IMG/VR virus record: IMGVR_UViG_3300022925_000015
Strand: one strand, 5' to 3'
DNA length: 20,000 bases
Source: an uncultured virus (IMG/VR IMGVR_UViG_3300022925_000015)
Taxonomy: Duplodnaviria > Heunggongvirae > Uroviricota > Caudoviricetes
Both the position numbers and the translations under genes were made by a program. The notes under the pieces were generated by a model. It saw nothing but the letters and a program-made list of their open reading frames with translations. It ran no database searches and was not told the DNA's origin. Each line of letters starts with the position of its first letter. Within the stretch, counting starts at the first letter, position 1. Shown one piece after another: positions 15,151 through 20,000 of the stretch.

Positions 15151-17467
15151 CTTGTTCTTCCTTCAATTTCGCTTTAAGGGCTTTCTTCTCTGCCTTTGTT
15201 AATGGTTTAGGTAAAGGTGTAATATCAAATGTAATTTTTTTACTTTCAATACCTAACTGTACTTTACCACCCTCAACCAAGTCACCAAATAATACTTTTT
15301 TACTAAGTGGTGTTTTAATCTCAGTATCAATTACTCTACCTAAAGGTCTTGCACCTAATTTAGGACTGTATCCTTTATCAGCAAGATAACTTACTACTGC
15401 TGGACTTGCATTGATAATAATATTTTTATCTTTTAGTTGACCGTTTAATTCTTTTAAGAACTTATGAACAATATTACTTACAACAGACTTATCAAGTTTA
15501 TCAAACTTAATAGTGCCATCTAGTCTATTTCTAAATTCTGGAGCAAAGAACTTTTTAGCAGCCTTAGTATCTTCACCTGATTTTTCTTGACTATCAAAAC
15601 CAATTGCATTAGATTCATTATCACTTGCACCTAAGTTTGAAGTCATAATCAAAATAGTGTTACGTCCATCTGCTTGTTTACCGTTCGATCCTGTAACAAA
15701 TCCGTTATCCATAAACTGTAACAAAATGTTTGATACATCTTTATGTGACTTTTCTATTTCATCTAAAAGTAAAATACAGTTAGGATTTTCTTGCAGTTTA
15801 GTAATAAGTTGTCCTGCGTTTTCTTCATAGCCAACGTATCCTGGAGGAGCACCAATTAATCTTGCAACGCTATGCTTTTCTTGATATTCACTCATATCAA
15901 AACGTACTAGTGTAGTACCCATCTTTTCTGCAAGTTGTCTTGCTGTTTCAGTTTTACCACAACCTGTTGGACCTAAAAACAAAAACGAACCAATAGGTTT
16001 GTTAGGTGATTTCAATCCTGCTTGTGCAACAAAAATTTTATCAAGCAATGTGTCTACTGCTGCATCTTGTCCGAATACAACTGATTTCATATTCTTTTCT
16101 AAGCCTTCTAAATTCTTGCTTTCTTTCTGTGCTACAGTTTCTAAAGGCATTTTAATCATTTTAGATACTTCATAACTTATTTGCTCAATATCAACAATTT
16201 GTTGTACACCTTCTGTAGCAGCATCATCAACTAGTCTATATCTTGCTGATGCACAGTCAATAACATCAATTGCCTTATCTGGTAATTTCTTGTCTGCCAT
16301 ATATTTTACAGAAAGTTTTACAGCGTGATCAACTGCTTCGTCTGTAATTACAACATTATGATGTGCTTCATAATACTTACGTAGGCCTTTTATAATTTTA
16401 ATTGTAGTATCTGCACTAGGCTCATCAATAGTCACACGTTGGAATCTTCTCATTAGTGCTCTATCTTTTTCAAAGTACTTGCGATATTCTTCCCAAGTAG
16501 TTGAAGCAATAACTTTCATTCCGCTTTTGCTTAGTGCTGGCTTTAACATATTTGCTAAATCATTAGACTTATCTGTTCCTCCTGCGCCTGCACCACTCAT
16601 CATATGTGCTTCGTCAATGAACAATATAATTTTGCCTTTGCGTTCTAATGCTTTTAAAATTGCTTTAATACGTTCTTCAAAGTCTCCTCTATATTTAGAA
16701 CCTGCTACAAGTGAACTAATATCTAAACTAAAAACTTCGTGATCGTGTAAAAATTTAGGAGTTTTCTTTTCAAAGATTTTACGTGCTATACCTTCAGCAA
16801 TAGCAGTTTTACCTACTCCTGGGTCACCTACAATTAATACATTAGACTTTTGGCGCCTTGCTAATACAAGGGCAATATCTTCAATTTCGTTATCTCTTCC
16901 TATTACAGGATCAATAACTTTTTGTTTTGCTTTTAATGAAAGGTTAGTACAAAATTGATTAATAATTTTATCAACTTGATCATTACTTAATGGTTGTTGA
17001 TCTCCACCATCTAAATCAAAGTCTGAATCCCCGTCAAAGTGTTCTTGGAAATGTTGTACAAACTTTTCTTTAATAATTCCGCCCTTTGTTAAGAAGTAAA
17101 ATGCAAACGAATTCTTTTCACCAAGTATGCTTATAATAACGTCGGCCACTTCCATTTGATTACGACCGCTAAACAGTACTTGTGTAAAACAACGATTAAG
17201 GACACGCTCTACTGCGTGTGTTTTCTTTGGAATAGTACCCGGCTCTAAAGTTTCAATAGTCTTTAGATTTTCTTTCAAATAGTGATCAATATTATGCTTG
17301 ACGTAATCAACATCAGCACCATATGCTTTTAATCCTTCTGCTGATTCTTTATCTGCAACAATAGCCAACAACAAGTGTTCGATAGTAAGATACTTGTGAC
17401 CTGCTTTTTTTGTTACTTCGATTGCTGAATCAAAAATACGTTGTAACTGTTTACTTGGTTCTATCAT
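15116..17467 (-). CDS. clpA: ATP-dependent Clp protease ATP-binding subunit ClpA
   Basis: Clp-N domain (TIEHLLLA), two AAA+ modules (GDPGVGKT/LFIDEAH; GPTGCGKT/LLLDEIEK), GAPPGYVG pore loop, IGF ClpP-docking loop, no ClpB middle domain. Confidence 0.95.
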   Translation of the reverse strand: MIEPSKQLQRIFDSAIEVTKKAGHKYLTIEHLLLAIVADKESAEGLKAYGADVDYVKHNIDHYLKENLKTIETLEPGTIPKKTHAVERVLNRCFTQVLFSGRNQMEVADVIISILGEKNSFAFYFLTKGGIIKEKFVQHFQEHFDGDSDFDLDGGDQQPLSNDQVDKIINQFCTNLSLKAKQKVIDPVIGRDNEIEDIALVLARRQKSNVLIVGDPGVGKTAIAEGIARKIFEKKTPKFLHDHEVFSLDISSLVAGSKYRGDFEERIKAILKALERKGKIILFIDEAHMMSGAGAGGTDKSNDLANMLKPALSKSGMKVIASTTWEEYRKYFEKDRALMRRFQRVTIDEPSADTTIKIIKGLRKYYEAHHNVVITDEAVDHAVKLSVKYMADKKLPDKAIDVIDCASARYRLVDDAATEGVQQIVDIEQISYEVSKMIKMPLETVAQKESKNLEGLEKNMKSVVFGQDAAVDTLLDKIFVAQAGLKSPNKPIGSFLFLGPTGCGKTETARQLAEKMGTTLVRFDMSEYQEKHSVARLIGAPPGYVGYEENAGQLITKLQENPNCILLLDEIEKSHKDVSNILLQFMDNGFVTGSNGKQADGRNTILIMTSNLGASDNESNAIGFDSQEKSGEDTKAAKKFFAPEFRNRLDGTIKFDKLDKSVVSNIVHKFLKELNGQLKDKNIIINASPAVVSYLADKGYSPKLGARPLGRVIDTEIKTPLSKKVLFGDLVEGGKVQLGIESKKITFDITPLPKPLTKAEKKALKAKLKEEQDAAAEAEENKA

Positions 17468-17999
17468 TTTTTAATCTTTTCCTTAGTTTCTTTAATGCTA
17501 ATTGTAACTTCAACCTACCTACTTTGTCAACAAAACAAATGCCATTTAGGTGATCTAATTCGTGTTGAAAACATTTTGCAAGGTATCCATCTATCTTGGC
17601 TTCTTTTGTATCTCCCTTAGAATTCTGATATTGTGCAACAATCCACTTAGGACGACTGATGCTTAGAAACAGTCCTGGGAAACTTAAACAACCTTCTTTA
17701 TCTAAAACTAGCTCATCACTTGTTTCTAATATTACAGGATTAAACAGTGCGAATGGTTGTGGAAAGTTTGGAATATTTAAACTACCCATAACAAACACAC
17801 GTTTTGTAATATCTATTTGATTGGCCGCTAATCCAATTCCGTTATTGTTTAACATAAAATTACACATATCATATTCAAGATGTTCAGGATCATACTTTTC
17901 TGTAGCAAAATCCCACACCTTACTTTCTTGATTAAGTGCTTGATGAAGTCCTAGTTTGTAATCTAAGTCTAATTTAAATTTAGTATCTGTTTCTGACAT
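17451..17999 (-). CDS. def: peptide deformylase
   Basis: All three PDF motifs: GIGLAANQ, EGCLS, QHELDHLNG. Confidence 0.95.
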   Translation of the reverse strand: MSETDTKFKLDLDYKLGLHQALNQESKVWDFATEKYDPEHLEYDMCNFMLNNNGIGLAANQIDITKRVFVMGSLNIPNFPQPFALFNPVILETSDELVLDKEGCLSFPGLFLSISRPKWIVAQYQNSKGDTKEAKIDGYLAKCFQHELDHLNGICFVDKVGRLKLQLALKKLRKRLKNDRTK

Positions 18000-18801
18000 C
18001 TTTTATTTTTTTTATATCCTCTGGTGTTAATGTTTTAGGTGTTCTACCTTTTACTTTAATTAAAAGATTACCAATTTGTTTTGTCCTTACATTTGGCAAT
18101 CCTTCTCCTTTACAACTTAGAACAGTGTCTGGTTGTGTACCAGGAGGAATATTAATTTCAAGGCTTTTACCGTTCAGTGTGTTAACAGTTGCTTTAGTTC
18201 CAATAACTAAGTCCAACACATCAACATTAACGTTACATTGTATATTATCCCCGTAGCGTTCGAAGCGTGGGTGATTACGAATCCGTATATGTACAAATAA
18301 ATCTCCAGGCGGCAATGCATTGTGTACATTATCTCCCATACCTCTAAATCTTATTTGTTGTCTTTCTTCTACGCCGGGCGGTATGTTGACTGTTACTACT
18401 TTAGTTCTTCCATTTGACATACCTATTTCAATCTGTAAGGATTTTCCATTTAGTACATCTTCGAGTGTAATATCTACAGCAACGTTGATTGGATTATTTT
18501 GTGGTCTACGGGCTCTACCCATTCCAAAAAAGTTTTCAAATATATCATCAAAACCACCTTGGCCAAAGTCGCCTGATCTAAAATTGAAACCTTGATTAGG
18601 ATCAGTAGTTCCAAACTGATCATACATTTGCTTTTTTTGGGTATCGGAAAGTGTTTGATACGCTTCGTTTATTTCTTTAAACTTTGTATCGTCACCACCT
18701 GTACGGTCTGGGTGGTGTGCCATAGACTGTTTTTTATAAGCCTTTTTTATATCTTCTTGGCTTGCATTTCTGCCAACGCCTAATGTCGAATAATAGTCCA
18801 T
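17980..18801 (-). CDS. dnaJ: DnaJ-family co-chaperone, class B (no zinc finger, CbpA-like)
   Basis: MDYYSTLGV J-domain with HPD, G/F-rich linker, C-terminal domains (GDLFV, GEGLP); no CxxCxGxG repeats; start set at ATG 18801. Confidence 0.93.
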   Translation of the reverse strand: MDYYSTLGVGRNASQEDIKKAYKKQSMAHHPDRTGGDDTKFKEINEAYQTLSDTQKKQMYDQFGTTDPNQGFNFRSGDFGQGGFDDIFENFFGMGRARRPQNNPINVAVDITLEDVLNGKSLQIEIGMSNGRTKVVTVNIPPGVEERQQIRFRGMGDNVHNALPPGDLFVHIRIRNHPRFERYGDNIQCNVNVDVLDLVIGTKATVNTLNGKSLEINIPPGTQPDTVLSCKGEGLPNVRTKQIGNLLIKVKGRTPKTLTPEDIKKIKDVRNRY

Positions 18802-18836
18802 AATATTATAAGGATCCTCCTTAAGCAATCCTATAG

Positions 18837-18842
18837 TATTTA
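18837..18842 (-). promoter_or_regulatory. putative late-promoter motif TAAATA
   Basis: ATTAAATAC in the intergenic gap upstream of dnaJ. Confidence 0.5.
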
Positions 18843-18870
18843 ATCTATTTCAACGAGGTGCGGAAATTTT

Positions 18871-19170
18871 TTATTTGTCTGACTTTTTAGAAGTACCTGT
18901 GTACAGTCCAAACCAAGCAGCACCAGCACCAACTACGATACTAATTAAACCTGATTGTTCCATAGTAGGAGCAGCCAAATTCATATACCAAATTACACAC
19001 TTGTATAATAGTACAATGTATACAGTCAAAAATAATCTTGGAAAGATTCTCCAAGCATCAACTGCTTTTGCTAAATGAATTAATCCTTGATAAGGATTTT
19101 GCGAACTGTCAGTAGTTGTTGTATCTACTTCTAGATCAATTTGTACGCTCTTTTTGATTGGATCGCTCAT
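18871..19170 (-). CDS. small 2-TM membrane protein, possible holin
   Basis: DAWRIFPR motif, two hydrophobic helices, charged C-terminus; near lipoprotein genes. Confidence 0.6.
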   Translation of the reverse strand: MSDPIKKSVQIDLEVDTTTTDSSQNPYQGLIHLAKAVDAWRIFPRLFLTVYIVLLYKCVIWYMNLAAPTMEQSGLISIVVGAGAAWFGLYTGTSKKSDK

Positions 19171-19451
19171 TTACTTTTTCCCTCTAGTTTCTTAATACGC
19201 TTTTCTAATTCGTCTATCTTTTTAGTTACATATGGATATTTTTTACGCCAAGCATCATCTGGTTGTTGTAACCAAGTCCAGCCATAACGTTCTACTAAAA
19301 AGTCTGCAATACGATCAAAGTGACCGTACATCCATAAACCTATTCTAGTGCTTTTGAAATATGTTGAGAACGCCAAACCAAACAGCGAACCAACTAATGC
19401 AGTGTATATCCACAAGCGATCGCTCGCCATTCTTTCAATCATTTCCCACAT
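19167..19451 (-). CDS. membrane-anchored protein with C-terminal coiled coil
   Basis: One N-terminal TM segment; KKIDELEKRIKKLE tail; SD AAGGAG. Confidence 0.8.
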   Translation of the reverse strand: MWEMIERMASDRLWIYTALVGSLFGLAFSTYFKSTRIGLWMYGHFDRIADFLVERYGWTWLQQPDDAWRKKYPYVTKKIDELEKRIKKLEGKSK

Positions 19452-19474
19452 ATTTGCTCCTTGTATTATGTGTG

Positions 19475-19480
19475 TATTTA
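19475..19480 (-). promoter_or_regulatory. putative late-promoter motif TAAATA
   Basis: GATAAATAC upstream of the SD of the 94-aa gene. Confidence 0.55.
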
Positions 19481-19484
19481 TCTA

Positions 19485-19664
19485 TTAAAAGGAACAATTT
19501 AGGCTTCCGCCGCCCTGTACGTGGTCTTTAAGTTCGTTGGGATCTAGTTCTTCTAGGTTAGTAGGTGCTTTATTGATAGAGATTTCTGGTTCAACTTTAC
19601 AGGTAGTCTTGTGTCCGCAACTACTTGTTAGTATCAGTATCAGTAGTGTCAGTATCGCCTTCAT
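19485..19664 (-). CDS. small lipoprotein (59 aa), missed by ORF track
   Basis: MKAILTLLILILTSS-CGHKTTCKVEPEISINKAPTNLEELDPNELKDHVQGGGSLNCSF*; type II signal peptide with lipobox Cys16; overlaps the 3' end of the upstream gene by 44 nt. Confidence 0.75.
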   Translation of the reverse strand: MKAILTLLILILTSSCGHKTTCKVEPEISINKAPTNLEELDPNELKDHVQGGGSLNCSF

Positions 19665-20000
19665 AGTACTTGCGGTACTGATCTAACGTCATACCTTGTT
19701 GTATCATATAAGCACGGATTTGTGCAAAGTTTTTAGATAATAATTCGTAATCTTCGTCACTTAATCCAAACAGAACAGGATCTTTACCCTGCTCTTTCAA
19801 TTTGGAAAATACTTCTGCTGCATTTTCCGATGTAATAATAATCCAACGAACCTCTTCTAATTTAGGTGTTTCGGGATTAGGAAGATCAAGAGGTGCTCGT
19901 TCTACTTCTGTCTTGAATACATCTAACTTAGATACCGTACTACAACTAGTAAGGAACGTAGTTAGGATTAGCAAGACTAGGACACTCAGAATTGATCTGT
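19621..20000 (-). CDS. lipoprotein, possible outer-membrane spanin; start codon lies outside the window
   Basis: Frame stays open to the edge: RSILSVLVLLILTTFLTS-CSTV (lipobox LTSC), Pro-rich APLDLPNPETP segment, C-terminal helix. Confidence 0.7.
   Translation of the reverse strand, partial: RSILSVLVLLILTTFLTSCSTVSKLDVFKTEVERAPLDLPNPETPKLEEVRWIIITSENAAEVFSKLKEQGKDPVLFGLSDEDYELLSKNFAQIRAYMIQQGMTLDQYRKYYEGDTDTTDTDTNK

Noticed and set aside
3775..18817. Restriction-site presence (GAATTC at 3775, 5322, 17109, 17621; GGATCC at 9554, 18812) as evidence of DNA modification
   Set aside because: Cannot be judged without observed/expected counts; anecdotal only.
55..19078. All plus-strand ORFs in the track
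   Set aside because: They lie antisense to well-supported minus-strand genes, have no recognisable motifs and show shadow-frame composition.
19628..19656. Short agtatc tandem-like repeats as a repeat element or CRISPR remnant
   Set aside because: Explained by the Leu/Ile codons of the overlapping signal peptide.
1..20000. tRNA, rRNA, CRISPR array, transposase or stop-codon recoding
   Set aside because: None seen; intergenic gaps are short and genes read through intact in the standard code.

Overview
This AT-rich window is a fragment of a large T4-like/jumbo tailed-phage genome. Every credible gene lies on the minus strand; the plus-strand ORFs are antisense shadows. In transcription order (right to left) there are four blocks. 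(1) A membrane/lysis-like cluster: two overlapping lipoproteins and two small membrane proteins. (2) A host-type proteostasis module: DnaJ, peptide deformylase and ClpA. (3) A block of charged, modular proteins. Several share an M-[KR]-x-x-E-[LI]-[FI] N-terminus, and several follow TAAATA motifs resembling T4 late promoters. They are probably head-internal, protease-processed proteins and include a nucleotidyltransferase and a ParB+HAD fusion. (4) After a terminator that overlaps a sigma70-type promoter, a replication/DNA-modification block: a DsbA/GapR-like DNA-binding protein, family B DNA polymerase with a structured leader, a probable sliding clamp, a TGT/DpdA-like guanine transglycosylase, an unknown protein, a QueD-like protein with the LxxxHRHxF (DpdL-type) motif, and the start of a probable glycosyltransferase. 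The most interesting signals are the replisome-linked 7-deazaguanine modification locus and the tagged virion-payload proteins. All family assignments come from motif recognition by eye, with no database search.
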